From: Candidatus Campbellbacteria bacterium
GTDB lineage: Bacteria > Patescibacteriota > Minisyncoccia > Phycocordibacterales > JAXHMZ01
Assembly: GCA_034521025.1 (NCBI GenBank)
Contig: JAXHMZ010000004.1
Span: 41,315 to 105,314, forward strand
Length of the DNA stretch: 64,000 bases
Direction: 5' to 3'
The position numbers were made by a program, and so were the translations under genes. The first letter of the stretch is position 1; the number at the start of each line of letters is the position of its first letter. Under the pieces are notes generated by a model that saw only the letters and a list, made by a program, of their open reading frames with translations, was not told the DNA's origin and searched no databases. Positions 9,589 to 19,403 of this stretch are shown in pieces.

Positions 9589-9987
9589 TTAGGTTTGAAT
9601 ATTGCCGTTAAGCTTAGCTGAGCCGTAGATGTTGAGTTTTACGTCTGTTTCCCCGATGGCTGTCTTCTGGATGCCACACACTAGGCACAGATCGCCAAAA
9701 ACTACGAGAAAACAACTGTAAAACGGCGATGCCCTATCTTTTACGGGGAATTTATCTCTAAACTCCTTTACTGCGGCTTTTCTGTAGTAACTGTATCCAT
9801 AGAGATAGGGCATTAGTTTCTTCTTGTGGCCTCTATTGCTTGATCTTTTTATTTCAAAGACCATCTCTCGAGCGTCATGTTCGATCTCGAGGACTTCTTT
9901 AACTATCTTCTTTGCCTCCTCAAGCTTCTCGGCGAAAGGTCCTGAGGTGGTGAGTATATCAATATCCTCTTGTGTAGGTCTTACCAA
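9589..9987 (-). CDS. Hypothetical protein (132 aa).
   Basis: This is an ORF only, with no recognisable motif. It is divergent from tgt. Confidence 0.35.
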   Translation of the reverse strand: MVRPTQEDIDILTTSGPFAEKLEEAKKIVKEVLEIEHDAREMVFEIKRSSNRGHKKKLMPYLYGYSYYRKAAVKEFRDKFPVKDRASPFYSCFLVVFGDLCLVCGIQKTAIGETDVKLNIYGSAKLNGNIQT

Positions 9988-10096
9988 CGATTCGGATCTG
10001 ACTCACGAATAATTACTTATGGCGACCCTGCGCATCTTTCTCACCTCCTTTCTTTTTTGAAAATACAACTATTGAGTTTTTTTGTCAAAAGAGTAA

Positions 10097-11341
10097 ATGG
10101 AAAAGGAACACTTCGCGTGGTACGATTTTCCAATGAGCGCAATGTCATTTAAAGTAGAAAAGAAATTAACCAATACTTTGGGACGAGTCGGTACTATTTC
10201 TACCCCGCACGGAAATATAGAAACTCCGGCTTTTACGTTGGTAGGAACCAAAGGGACAGTTAAAGCGATGACCGCCGAGCAAATAAAAGATGTTGAAGCA
10301 CAAGTTGTTCTAGCTAATACCTATCACTTATATCTTGAGCCGGGAGAAAGAATCGTGGAAAAAGCGGGAGGTATCGGAAAATTTATGAATTGGGACGGAC
10401 CTACTATTACGGATTCAGGCGGCTTTCAAGTTATGTCATTGGGAGGTTCTTTTGGTACTGGTTTGAATAAATTTATGACGAGAGAAGAGCTAGATAGTTC
10501 CGGTGGCTTAAAGCGCGACAAAGCCGAATCATCAGGCCAACTAGCCCGCGTATCAGAAGATGGAGTAAGTTTTCGCTCGCACTTAGATGGAGCTAAACAT
10601 TATCTAACACCGGAGCGTTCTATAGAAATACAACATTCTTTAGGTGCAGACATAATTTTTGCATTTGATGAATGCCCTCCGGCTGACTCAACAAAAGAAT
10701 ATCAGCGCGAAGCTATGGATCGTACTCATAGGTGGGCGGAACGCTGCATTCAATTTCATAGATCTAAAGAGAACAGTGATCATCAAGCGCTTTGGGGTAT
10801 AGTACAAGGTGGAAGTTTTGCTGATTTGCGTACTTTGAGCGCCCGTACTATCAGAGATCTCGGATTTGATGGTTATGGGATCGGCGGATCGTATATGAAA
10901 GAAGATCTGCCAGAAATTCTCGGTATTACTGCTAAAAATCTAGAAGAAGAGAAGCCGCGCCATCTTCTCGGGATCGGCGAGCCCGAAGATTTTTTTATTG
11001 GGATAGAAAATGGTGCGGATACATTTGACTGCGTATCGCCCACAAGACAAGCTCGCAACGGTTCTTTGTATACCCATAAAGGGAGAATAAACATTAAAAA
11101 CAATGCTTTTCGTTCTGATCTTTCAAGTATCGACAGCGATTGTGATTGTTATACCTGCTCGAATTATTCGCGAGCTTATATCTCACACCTTTTCCGCTCC
11201 AAAGAAATGCTGGGTCCAATTTTGGCCACTATTCACAATGCTCGTTTTATCATAAAGCTTGTGGCGGATATTAGAAGTTCTATTTACAACGACTCCTACT
11301 GGAAGTTCAAAGAAAACTTTTTAGATAGTTATTCGCGGTAG
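10097..11341 (+). CDS. tgt: Queuine tRNA-ribosyltransferase.
   Basis: Motifs GRVGTISTPHGNIETPAFTLVGTKG, VLANTYHLYLEPG and DSGGFQ are present. The C-terminal zinc site is CDCYTC...H. Confidence 0.9.
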   Translation: MEKEHFAWYDFPMSAMSFKVEKKLTNTLGRVGTISTPHGNIETPAFTLVGTKGTVKAMTAEQIKDVEAQVVLANTYHLYLEPGERIVEKAGGIGKFMNWDGPTITDSGGFQVMSLGGSFGTGLNKFMTREELDSSGGLKRDKAESSGQLARVSEDGVSFRSHLDGAKHYLTPERSIEIQHSLGADIIFAFDECPPADSTKEYQREAMDRTHRWAERCIQFHRSKENSDHQALWGIVQGGSFADLRTLSARTIRDLGFDGYGIGGSYMKEDLPEILGITAKNLEEEKPRHLLGIGEPEDFFIGIENGADTFDCVSPTRQARNGSLYTHKGRINIKNNAFRSDLSSIDSDCDCYTCSNYSRAYISHLFRSKEMLGPILATIHNARFIIKLVADIRSSIYNDSYWKFKENFLDSYSR

Positions 11342-11372
11342 ATATACCAAAAACACTTATTTTAGCCGTTCT

Positions 11373-11402
11373 AAATGCTTCAATCTATAGATTGAAGCAT
11401 TT
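11373..11402. repeat. Perfect 30-bp palindrome AAATGCTTCAATCTATAGATTGAAGCATTT; copy 1 of 4.
   Basis: The sequence is perfectly self-complementary. It lies 30 bp after the tgt stop and immediately upstream of the uvrB promoter -35. Further copies are at 27971-28000, 29159-29188 and 32565-32594. Confidence 0.9.
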
Positions 11403-11407
11403 AGCTG

Positions 11408-11436
11408 TTGGAAACTTCCTATTTTTCGCATACAAT
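11408..11436 (+). promoter_or_regulatory. Sigma70-like promoter for uvrB (TTGGAA-17-TACAAT).
   Basis: The -35 TTGGAA is at 11408-11413, the spacer is 17 nt, and the -10 TACAAT is at 11431-11436. This implies a near-leaderless uvrB mRNA with its ATG at 11446. Confidence 0.4.
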
Positions 11437-11445
11437 CAATCCGTA

Positions 11446-13467
11446 ATGACAAAACACTTTCAGGTAGTTTCTAACTACAAACCGGCCGGAGATCAACCGC
11501 GTGCTATAAACGAAATAGTAGAGGCATTTGGGCGTGGAGAAGAAGACGTGACGTTGCTTGGGGCTACCGGAACGGGTAAAACTTTTACTGTTGCAAACGT
11601 TATTGAGGAGATACAAAAACCGACTCTGGTCATAGCGCACAACAAGACACTGGCCGCACAACTTGCCCAAGAATATCGAGAATTCTTTCCCAATAACGCT
11701 GTCCATTACTTCGTGTCTTATTATGACTATTATCAGCCTGAGGCGTATATGCCTGTCTCGGATACATATATAGAAAAAGAGGCGATGATCAACGAGGAGA
11801 TAGAACGTTTGCGCCACGCTTCAACGCAGGCCTTGTTAACGCGAAATGATGTAATAATCGTGGCTTCGGTTTCCTGTATCTACGGTTTGGGTTCTCCAGA
11901 AGAATACGAAAAGAAAAATTTTCGAGTTGATATAGGCGCCAAAATCTCACGCGGAGAATTAGTGAGGCATTTAATAGATGTGTATTTTTCGCGCACGAAT
12001 GCTGACTTAACTCCCGGTACTTTCAGGGCGCTTGGCAACAGTGTGGAAATAATGCCGGTAAACGAACGCTCTATATATCGTTTCAAGTTGTTGGGTTCTA
12101 GTATTTCTAGTATTGAAAAGATCGATGCTACTACGAGAGAAATAATAGAAACTCCGGAAACATTGTTTATTTTTCCGGCCAAACACTTTGTAACCGAGAA
12201 GGATAAACTAGATAAAATAATATCTAAAATCGAAGAGGAGCTAAAGACTCGCGTGAAAGATCTGGAAAAGGAGGGCAAGGTTTTAGAAATAGAGAGACTG
12301 AAACGACGAACTAAGCACGATCTAGCGCTAATTAAAGAAATTGGTTATTGCAACGGTATTGAAAATTATTCACGGCATTTCACCGGGCGCAACGAAGGAG
12401 AGCCGCCGAATACACTACTTTCATATTTCCCCCATAAAGAAGACGGAACACCTGACTTTATGACGGTGGTTGATGAGAGTCACGTAACCATACCTCAGAT
12501 CGGAGGTATGTACGGAGGAGATAGATCTCGCAAGGAAACTCTAGTTGAGTATGGTTTTCGCTTACCTTCCGCTAAAGATAATAGGCCATTGAAATTCGAT
12601 GAATTTGAAAAAAGAGTTAATCCGGTGCTTTATGTTTCAGCTACTCCGGGGCCATATGAAAGAGAAAGGTCAACAACTATTGCCGAGCAAGTTATACGCC
12701 CCACCGGACTTGTAGATCCGAAAATAGATGTGAGAGCGGTAACAGGTACCAGTGATGAAGAGTACCCCGGGCAGATAAAAGATTTTATAAATGAAGCAGA
12801 GGCGGCGATCGAAAAAGGTGAAAGGGTCATAGCTACTACCCTGACCAAAAAGATGGCCGAAGATCTGTCTGAGTACCTGAAAGAACGCGGCTTGAAGTCC
12901 GAGTATCTTCATAGCGAGATAAAGACCATCGACCGGATTGATACAATTACTAATTTTCGAAGGGGTGAATTTGATGTTCTAGTCGGCGTCAACCTACTTC
13001 GCGAAGGATTAGATCTTCCCGAGCTTGCCCTTATCGGTATATTAGACGCCGATAAAGAAGGATTTTTGCGTTCGCAGACAAGTCTTTTGCAAATAATTGG
13101 CCGTGCCGCAAGAAATGTTAATGGACGAGTTATCTTATACGCGGATAGAGTAACTGAATCTATGCAAAAAGCTATAGATGAAACAGATAGGCGCCGTGAA
13201 ATACAGCTCGCGTTCAACAAAGAACATGGAATTACCCCTAAGACGATAGAAAAGAACATTCACGATATCGCAGAGACCATGCGCAGCGAGCACGACAAGG
13301 CGGTAGAAAAACTAGTTGAGCTGGACAGAACAGAATTCAACAAAAATCCTCGCGCGCTCATAAAGGAAAAACGACGCCGCATGGATGAAGCGGTTAAAGA
13401 TCTCGACTTTGAAACGGCGGCGATATTGCGCGATGAGATCTATGCTTTGGAAAAGGAAATGAAATAA
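11446..13467 (+). CDS. uvrB: Excinuclease ABC subunit B.
   Basis: Motifs QVVSNYKPAGDQPRAI and the Walker A LLGATGTGKTF are present. Helicase motifs and a C-terminal UVR domain (AAILRDEIYALEKEM) follow. ATG 11446 (MTKHF...) is preferred over the ORF-finder start at 11392. Confidence 0.9.
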   Translation: MTKHFQVVSNYKPAGDQPRAINEIVEAFGRGEEDVTLLGATGTGKTFTVANVIEEIQKPTLVIAHNKTLAAQLAQEYREFFPNNAVHYFVSYYDYYQPEAYMPVSDTYIEKEAMINEEIERLRHASTQALLTRNDVIIVASVSCIYGLGSPEEYEKKNFRVDIGAKISRGELVRHLIDVYFSRTNADLTPGTFRALGNSVEIMPVNERSIYRFKLLGSSISSIEKIDATTREIIETPETLFIFPAKHFVTEKDKLDKIISKIEEELKTRVKDLEKEGKVLEIERLKRRTKHDLALIKEIGYCNGIENYSRHFTGRNEGEPPNTLLSYFPHKEDGTPDFMTVVDESHVTIPQIGGMYGGDRSRKETLVEYGFRLPSAKDNRPLKFDEFEKRVNPVLYVSATPGPYERERSTTIAEQVIRPTGLVDPKIDVRAVTGTSDEEYPGQIKDFINEAEAAIEKGERVIATTLTKKMAEDLSEYLKERGLKSEYLHSEIKTIDRIDTITNFRRGEFDVLVGVNLLREGLDLPELALIGILDADKEGFLRSQTSLLQIIGRAARNVNGRVILYADRVTESMQKAIDETDRRREIQLAFNKEHGITPKTIEKNIHDIAETMRSEHDKAVEKLVELDRTEFNKNPRALIKEKRRRMDEAVKDLDFETAAILRDEIYALEKEMK

Positions 13468-13492
13468 GTGGTTTTTACACACAAACTAAAGG

Positions 13493-14128
13493 TTGATAAG
13501 TGTTATACTTCGCACTATGGATACCGAAGAGATATTAGATCTCAAGCCCATAGCCGATGAAATTATGTCCATATCGGGTAATACGAAAGGGAATTCTTTG
13601 TATACCGATATGCAGTTTATTCTTGAGCGCAAAGGAGAAGAAGGGCTGGAGGCGCTTGAAGAAGCCCTCTCAGTACTGGGCTATCCGTTTTCTTATAAAG
13701 ACGTAAAGGGATTTGAGTGGTATCCGGAATCACAAGCTGTTTTAGGTATCTTTTTGGCAAAGAAAATTTTCGGCTGGTCCGAAGAAGAAATATTTGATAT
13801 GGGATTCGCGGCGCCAACCTCTTCCTTGTTGGTAAAAACTATAATGCGCTTTATTTCACTAGAACGTACATTTGAACAAGGTCCTTCGGTTTGGAAAAAA
13901 CATTATGATTTTGGCAAATTTGAACCGTTGGAAATAAATAGCTCGGAGAAATATTTGAAATTCAGAGTTTCGGGCTACGGCTTTTTTGATTATATGGAAG
14001 CGTATTTCGAAGGTTTTTTTACAAGACTACTTCAGCTATTGGGCATCGCTGACCTTGAATCGCTTGAAGGAAAACCTTGCAAGGAAGACGCGCATAATTG
14101 TAGAGATTATGATGTTAGATGGAAATGA
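13493..14128 (+). CDS. Hypothetical cytoplasmic protein; paralog 1 of a pair upstream of the HK/RR.
   Basis: It shares WYP, IMRF(I/V)S and VW(K/H)K(H/Y)YDFG motifs with the next ORF. There is no TM helix and no recognised domain. Confidence 0.5.
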   Translation: MISVILRTMDTEEILDLKPIADEIMSISGNTKGNSLYTDMQFILERKGEEGLEALEEALSVLGYPFSYKDVKGFEWYPESQAVLGIFLAKKIFGWSEEEIFDMGFAAPTSSLLVKTIMRFISLERTFEQGPSVWKKHYDFGKFEPLEINSSEKYLKFRVSGYGFFDYMEAYFEGFFTRLLQLLGIADLESLEGKPCKEDAHNCRDYDVRWK

Positions 14129-14802
14129 TGAGTAATAATTTAGAAAAAAAAGAAAACGGAAATTCCCTTGCTCCTTTTCCAAGCGTTTCGACACGTGAGG
14201 AGTTGATCGATCAAGTTAATAATGCATTGGAATGGCAAGAAAATAACAATGGTAGAGTTCGCGGCATTTCTTTGAAGACTGATTCGCTTGGCGCCATCAA
14301 GACAATGTCCGGCAAAGACTCCCAAGAAAAAATTCAGAAGCTTTTGAATGAAATAGATGTTGATTTCGATCTATCTAAAATTCAATCGTACTCCTGGTAT
14401 CCGGCTGCTTATGGTCCGGTAATATATCTTGTCGCCGCTCATCTCTTCTCTTGGGGCCCAAAAGATCTAGAGGAGTTGGGCAGATTGTCGACGCGAGGCT
14501 CAATGCTTATAAAGGTTATAATGCGCTTTGTATCAATGAAAGTCACATTACGTCGTGGCTCTCAGGTTTGGCATAAATATTACGATTTTGGCGATCTTGT
14601 GCCTGTGGAGTATTCTGATGAAGGTTCGTATATTATATTTAAAATCGAGGAATACAATGTGCATCCAATAAACGAGTATTATCACAAAGGATATTTCGGT
14701 GGTATCGTTGAGTTAGTTACGGGCTCAGACAATGTTGTAGTGGAAGTACGGCGTTCGATCTATCAGGGAGAAGAGAGTTCCGAATATAAAATAAGTTGGT
14801 AA
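14119..14802 (+). CDS. Hypothetical cytoplasmic protein; paralog 2, 10-bp overlap with paralog 1.
   Basis: It carries the same conserved block (VIMRFVSMKV...SQVWHKYYDFG). It is translationally coupled to the preceding gene and lies immediately upstream of the histidine kinase. Confidence 0.5.
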   Translation: MEMMSNNLEKKENGNSLAPFPSVSTREELIDQVNNALEWQENNNGRVRGISLKTDSLGAIKTMSGKDSQEKIQKLLNEIDVDFDLSKIQSYSWYPAAYGPVIYLVAAHLFSWGPKDLEELGRLSTRGSMLIKVIMRFVSMKVTLRRGSQVWHKYYDFGDLVPVEYSDEGSYIIFKIEEYNVHPINEYYHKGYFGGIVELVTGSDNVVVEVRRSIYQGEESSEYKISW

Positions 14803-14811
14803 ATATAAAAT

Positions 14812-16365
14812 ATGGCTGAAGATAAAGAAATAGAACGAATGCAGGAAGACCTCGAAGATCTCGAGACCTATCTGCGCGAATATAACGCCTTCTTGCCCCT
14901 GGCGGTTTGTACCGTGAACCCCGTGGGTATACTTATAGACGTAAACTCTGCCTTTGAGAAAATGACCGGTTACTCTGCCATTGAAGGTACCGGAGAGAAA
15001 GTCACTAGGTTTTTTAAGGAATCGGAAAAAATTGATTCTTTTTTGTCACACCTAAAAGAAGGTGACAGTTTTGCGGAAAGCGTTGAAGCTGTTCTGGTTA
15101 AAAAAGAGGGTAAAGAGATCATTGTTAGTGTTACTGCTTCTACGCGTTCGGATCGTGAAGGTAATTTTATTGGTTTCTTTTTGGGAATTAATAATATAAC
15201 CGAGCTAAAGCGCCTACAAAATGAACTAGAAGAAAAGGTTAATGAAAGGACGCAAGATCTAGAGGAAAGAACAAAAGAATTGGAACGTTCTCAGAGAGAG
15301 ATAATGGAAGCGTTCGCGGTAGTTGAAGAAGAAAGGAATAAGACAAGTTCACTGGTTACAAACTTGACCGACGGACTTATCTATACCGACAAAGACGGAA
15401 ATATAGAAATGCTCAACCCGCAAGCTAAAGCAATGCTCAAACTGCATAATGAAGACGTTGAAGGTACGAACATATCTGAACCCACTGACTCTGAGCGTTT
15501 TGAGAAGCTGAGGTCAATGATCTCTCCGGAAAATGAATTAGATAGAGAAACTTTAAATTTTTCTGAAGATTTTATAGTTGAGGTTACAACGGTGACTGTC
15601 AAAAATGACAAAAACAAAGAAACGGGTCGGCTTGTAATTCTTCACGATATTTCTAAGGAAAGAGCTCTCGATAATCTAAAGATAGAGTTCATTTCAGTAG
15701 CTACGCACCAGATGAGGACTCCGCTTTCCGCTATCAAATGGGCTTTCGAAATTTTGCTATCAAGCGATGATGAAAAAATGGCTCCTGATCTAAAGAAGAT
15801 CGCCGAAAACGGCTTTGAATCTACGCAGCGAATTCTCAAGATCGTAAATAACTTCTTGGATGTGGACGCTATGGAGTCTTTGAACGTTGATTATGTTTTT
15901 GCTCCGGTGAGCATTAGTAAGGTCATAGAAAAGATATTTTCCGAGGTTTCAATACAGGCTCGGGAAAAGAGCATAGAGCTAGTTTATAAAAACGAAGGTG
16001 AGAATTTGCCGTATGTCCAAGCGGACCAAGAACAACTTACGGTGGTAATGCAGAACTTGATTGAAAACGCACTCAAATATACAATAGAGGAAGGTAATAT
16101 TACAGTTAAAGCTGAGGTCAAAGATAACAATATGGTTGTCTCAGTTTCCGATGAGGGGATAGGAATTTCAGAAAGTGAATCCGAAAATATATTCACAAAA
16201 TTCTTCCGAGCAGAGAACGCAAAAAGAGTTGAAACTGACGGAAACGGCCTGGGGCTTCATACAGCGAAAAGAATAGTGGAAAAGCATGGTGGCACTATTT
16301 GGTTTGAAAGCCAGATGGGAAAGGGCACCACATTTTATTTTACAATTCCTTTATACAATAAATAA
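14812..16365 (+). CDS. Cytoplasmic PAS-domain sensor histidine kinase.
   Basis: There is no TM helix. A PAS region, a coiled coil and a second PAS-like region are followed by HisKA (SVATHQMRTPLSAIKW) and HATPase_c (GNGLGLHTAKRIVEKHGGTIWFES...GKGTTFYFTIP). Confidence 0.85.
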   Translation: MAEDKEIERMQEDLEDLETYLREYNAFLPLAVCTVNPVGILIDVNSAFEKMTGYSAIEGTGEKVTRFFKESEKIDSFLSHLKEGDSFAESVEAVLVKKEGKEIIVSVTASTRSDREGNFIGFFLGINNITELKRLQNELEEKVNERTQDLEERTKELERSQREIMEAFAVVEEERNKTSSLVTNLTDGLIYTDKDGNIEMLNPQAKAMLKLHNEDVEGTNISEPTDSERFEKLRSMISPENELDRETLNFSEDFIVEVTTVTVKNDKNKETGRLVILHDISKERALDNLKIEFISVATHQMRTPLSAIKWAFEILLSSDDEKMAPDLKKIAENGFESTQRILKIVNNFLDVDAMESLNVDYVFAPVSISKVIEKIFSEVSIQAREKSIELVYKNEGENLPYVQADQEQLTVVMQNLIENALKYTIEEGNITVKAEVKDNNMVVSVSDEGIGISESESENIFTKFFRAENAKRVETDGNGLGLHTAKRIVEKHGGTIWFESQMGKGTTFYFTIPLYNK

Positions 16366-16372
16366 AAAAACA

Positions 16373-16768
16373 ATGGCAGAGGCAAACGATAAAAAAAAGG
16401 TATTAGCAGTTGAGGACGATCTGTTTCTTAAGGAGCTTTTGGCTGGCAAGCTCTCAGATGATGAATTTGATGTATCCTATGCAGCAACCGGGGAAGATGC
16501 TTTGGAGCTGGCGGACTCTGAAAAGCCAGATATTATTCTTCTAGATATACTATTGCCGGGAATGAGTGGTTTTGAAGTGCTAGAAAAACTTAAAGCCGAT
16601 GAAGGCACTAAAGATATTCCGGTAGTGATACTTTCCAACTTCGGTCAAACAGAAGATATTGAAAAAGGTAAATCATTAGGCGCTGTAGATTTCTTGGTGA
16701 AAGCAAATAATTCTCTGGATGCTATAGTTGAAAAGGTTCGAGAGGTTGCAAGCGGAGAGCAATCGTAA
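16373..16768 (+). CDS. Single-domain CheY-like response regulator (receiver only).
   Basis: The ATG is at 16373. The acidic pocket is EDD, and the phospho-acceptor Asp lies in IILLDILLPGMSGFEV. A conserved Lys is present (VDFLVKA). There is no output domain. Confidence 0.85.
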   Translation: MAEANDKKKVLAVEDDLFLKELLAGKLSDDEFDVSYAATGEDALELADSEKPDIILLDILLPGMSGFEVLEKLKADEGTKDIPVVILSNFGQTEDIEKGKSLGAVDFLVKANNSLDAIVEKVREVASGEQS

Positions 16769-16783
16769 TACTCTAAGGCCTTT

Positions 16784-19384
16784 ATGGCTAAAAGATCTTC
16801 TAATAGTAGAGTGAACGCAGAGAAGTGGATCTCTGTACGTGGAGCTCGCACGCATAATTTAAAAAATATTGATGTCTCTTTTCCGCGTGAAAAGATGGTT
16901 GTTTTTACGGGAGTATCAGGATCCGGAAAGTCTTCTCTCGCGTTTGATACGATCTTTGCGGAAGGACAGCGTCGCTACGTGGAAAGTCTCTCTAGTTACG
17001 CGCGGCAGTTTTTACAGCAATTTCAAAAGCCGGATGTAGACGAAATAACTGGCCTATCTCCGGCTATTTCTATTGATCAAAAGGCGCAATCCAGAAATCC
17101 ACGCTCTACCGTAGCAACTATCACTGAAATTTATGACTATCTAAGAGTGCTGTTCGCGCGCATAGGCAGACCGCATTGTTTAGTATGTGGGCGAGAAATT
17201 CAAAAACTTTCGCTCGAAGAGATCAAAGAATTCATATTCGAGGGTGTAAAAAAAGAAGAAGATGCTCAATATGTTGAAATTTTTTCGCCGGTAGTTCGTG
17301 GACGAAAGGGTGAGTACTACCAACTGTTATATGATCTTTTATCTGAAGGATTCGAGGAAGTAATTATTGACGGAAATAGAAAAAAATTGCGCGAGAGGAT
17401 AGTTTTGGAGAAAAATAAAACTCACGATATTTCTGTTTTGGTGGACAGAATAGAAGTTCAAGATTTTAAGGATGACTTCAAGTCCGCCGATGAAAGATTG
17501 TCGGAATCAATTGAAAGATCGCTCGAGGAATCCGGCTCCTTGGTGCATGTCGTTTATGGGAGCGAAAAGACTCCGATAATGTCGGATCGTATTTATTCCT
17601 CACAATTTTCTTGTCCGCACGATGGTTATTCGTATCCTGAGGTAGAGCCCAGATTATTTTCCTTTAATTCTCCCTATGGCGCTTGTGAGGTCTGTAATGG
17701 TTTGGGGACAAAATTTTATGGCAGTGACGAGCCGTGCGAGCAATGCGACGGTACCAGATTGCGCGAAGAAGCATTGAATGTTTTTGTATTCTCCAAAACT
17801 GAACCCAAAAAATCCAATATAGTAGACGTAACAAAACTATCGATTGATTCTGCCATAGAATATGTGTCCAACTTGGATCTGACTGAAAAAGAAGCGGAAA
17901 TAGCCAAACCAATACTGCGCGAAATTGAACTACGCTTGAAGTTTATGGAAAATGTCGGGATAGAGTATCTGACGTTGAATCGTCGCGCCAAAACTCTCAG
18001 CGGTGGAGAGGCACAGAGAATAAGACTAGCTTCTCAGCTGGGTTCGGGACTTGTGGGAGCGTTATATGTTCTCGACGAGCCAACGATCGGTTTGCACGCG
18101 AGGGACAACGATAGGTTGGTACAAACTCTTTTGCGGCTTCGCGACCTCGGCAACACCATAATCGTAGTAGAGCATGATGAAGATACTATATTCTCTGCTG
18201 ATTATCTGGTTGATATCGGGCCAAAGGCAGGTGTGCATGGCGGAAAAATTGTAGCTTCGGGGTATATAGATGAACTTATAAGCGGCGATTCTGATCACGA
18301 TTCTTCTACTCTTGCGTACCTGCGCAAAGAAAAAGAGATCCCAACACCGAAACGTCGCCGAAATCAAAACAAAGGAGACATAAAGATCCGAGGTGGCAAT
18401 ATTCACAACATAAAGAATCTCAATGTAAATCTGCCATTAGGTAAATTGGTAATGGTAACCGGTGTGTCGGGGTCAGGAAAATCTTCTTTTGTTTATGACA
18501 TTTTGCATAAAAACTTAGAAGCTCGCTTCAACAAACGCAAGAGGATCAATAAGGTATATAACGCCAAAGAGTTTTTAGGTACTGAATATGCCGGCCGGGC
18601 GGTACTTATAGATCAATCTGCTATCGGTAGGACAAGCAGATCCAACCCCGCTACCTACACTGGTGCTTTCGGTCACATTCGCGATCTTTTTGCCGCTACC
18701 ACGGAGGCGCAGGCGCGGGGCTGGAAGCCGGGCAGATTTAGTTTCAATGTTAAAAACAGCGGACGGTGCGAGGCGTGTCAGGGAATGGGCGAAATCGCTA
18801 TCGAGATGCACTTCCTGCCGACTGTTCATGTTAAGTGTGACGTTTGTGACGGGAAGCGTTTTACAAAGGAAACTCTTGAAGTTAAATACAAGAAGAAGAA
18901 TATTTATGAAGTCCTTGAAATGACAGTAGAGGAAGGGCTGGCGTTTTTTGAAGATATTCCGGCTATATTTGACCGTTTCAAAACTCTTGATGATGTGGGT
19001 CTGGGCTACTTAAAAATTGGCCAGTCAGCTACAACTCTTTCCGGAGGAGAAGCTCAACGCGTAAAAATTGCCTCTGAATTGTATCGACGGCACACTGAAA
19101 AAACAGTTTATCTTTTAGATGAACCTACGATCGGGCTTCACTATGAGGACGTAGAGAAGTTGATCGAGATCCTTCAGAGACTAGTCGACAGAGGGAACAC
19201 GGTAGTGGTGATCGAGCACAATATGGATATTATTAAATCTTCTGATTATATTATTGATATCGGTCCAGAAGGGGGTGAGGCAGGAGGTAAGATAGTAGCC
19301 AAGGGTACGCCAGAAGATGTGGCGCGCGTGCAAGAATCGTATACCGGACAATATCTAGCGAAAGCGCTAAAGAAGAAAAAATAA
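16784..19384 (+). CDS. uvrA: Excinuclease ABC subunit A (compact form lacking the insertion domain).
   Basis: There are two ABC modules with Walker A GVSGSGKSS at both positions and signature LSGGEAQR at both. Zinc modules are present. Only about 10 aa separate CNGLG from CEQCDGTRLR, where E. coli UvrA carries the ~110-aa insertion domain. Confidence 0.9.
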   Translation: MAKRSSNSRVNAEKWISVRGARTHNLKNIDVSFPREKMVVFTGVSGSGKSSLAFDTIFAEGQRRYVESLSSYARQFLQQFQKPDVDEITGLSPAISIDQKAQSRNPRSTVATITEIYDYLRVLFARIGRPHCLVCGREIQKLSLEEIKEFIFEGVKKEEDAQYVEIFSPVVRGRKGEYYQLLYDLLSEGFEEVIIDGNRKKLRERIVLEKNKTHDISVLVDRIEVQDFKDDFKSADERLSESIERSLEESGSLVHVVYGSEKTPIMSDRIYSSQFSCPHDGYSYPEVEPRLFSFNSPYGACEVCNGLGTKFYGSDEPCEQCDGTRLREEALNVFVFSKTEPKKSNIVDVTKLSIDSAIEYVSNLDLTEKEAEIAKPILREIELRLKFMENVGIEYLTLNRRAKTLSGGEAQRIRLASQLGSGLVGALYVLDEPTIGLHARDNDRLVQTLLRLRDLGNTIIVVEHDEDTIFSADYLVDIGPKAGVHGGKIVASGYIDELISGDSDHDSSTLAYLRKEKEIPTPKRRRNQNKGDIKIRGGNIHNIKNLNVNLPLGKLVMVTGVSGSGKSSFVYDILHKNLEARFNKRKRINKVYNAKEFLGTEYAGRAVLIDQSAIGRTSRSNPATYTGAFGHIRDLFAATTEAQARGWKPGRFSFNVKNSGRCEACQGMGEIAIEMHFLPTVHVKCDVCDGKRFTKETLEVKYKKKNIYEVLEMTVEEGLAFFEDIPAIFDRFKTLDDVGLGYLKIGQSATTLSGGEAQRVKIASELYRRHTEKTVYLLDEPTIGLHYEDVEKLIEILQRLVDRGNTVVVIEHNMDIIKSSDYIIDIGPEGGEAGGKIVAKGTPEDVARVQESYTGQYLAKALKKKK

Positions 19385-19403
19385 AGACCGACAATTCGTC
19401 GGT

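Noticed and set aside
11392-11445. The ORF-finder start for uvrB at 11392.
   Set aside because: That start would put the coding sequence across the palindrome and the promoter. Conserved UvrB begins at MTKHFQVVS (ATG 11446).
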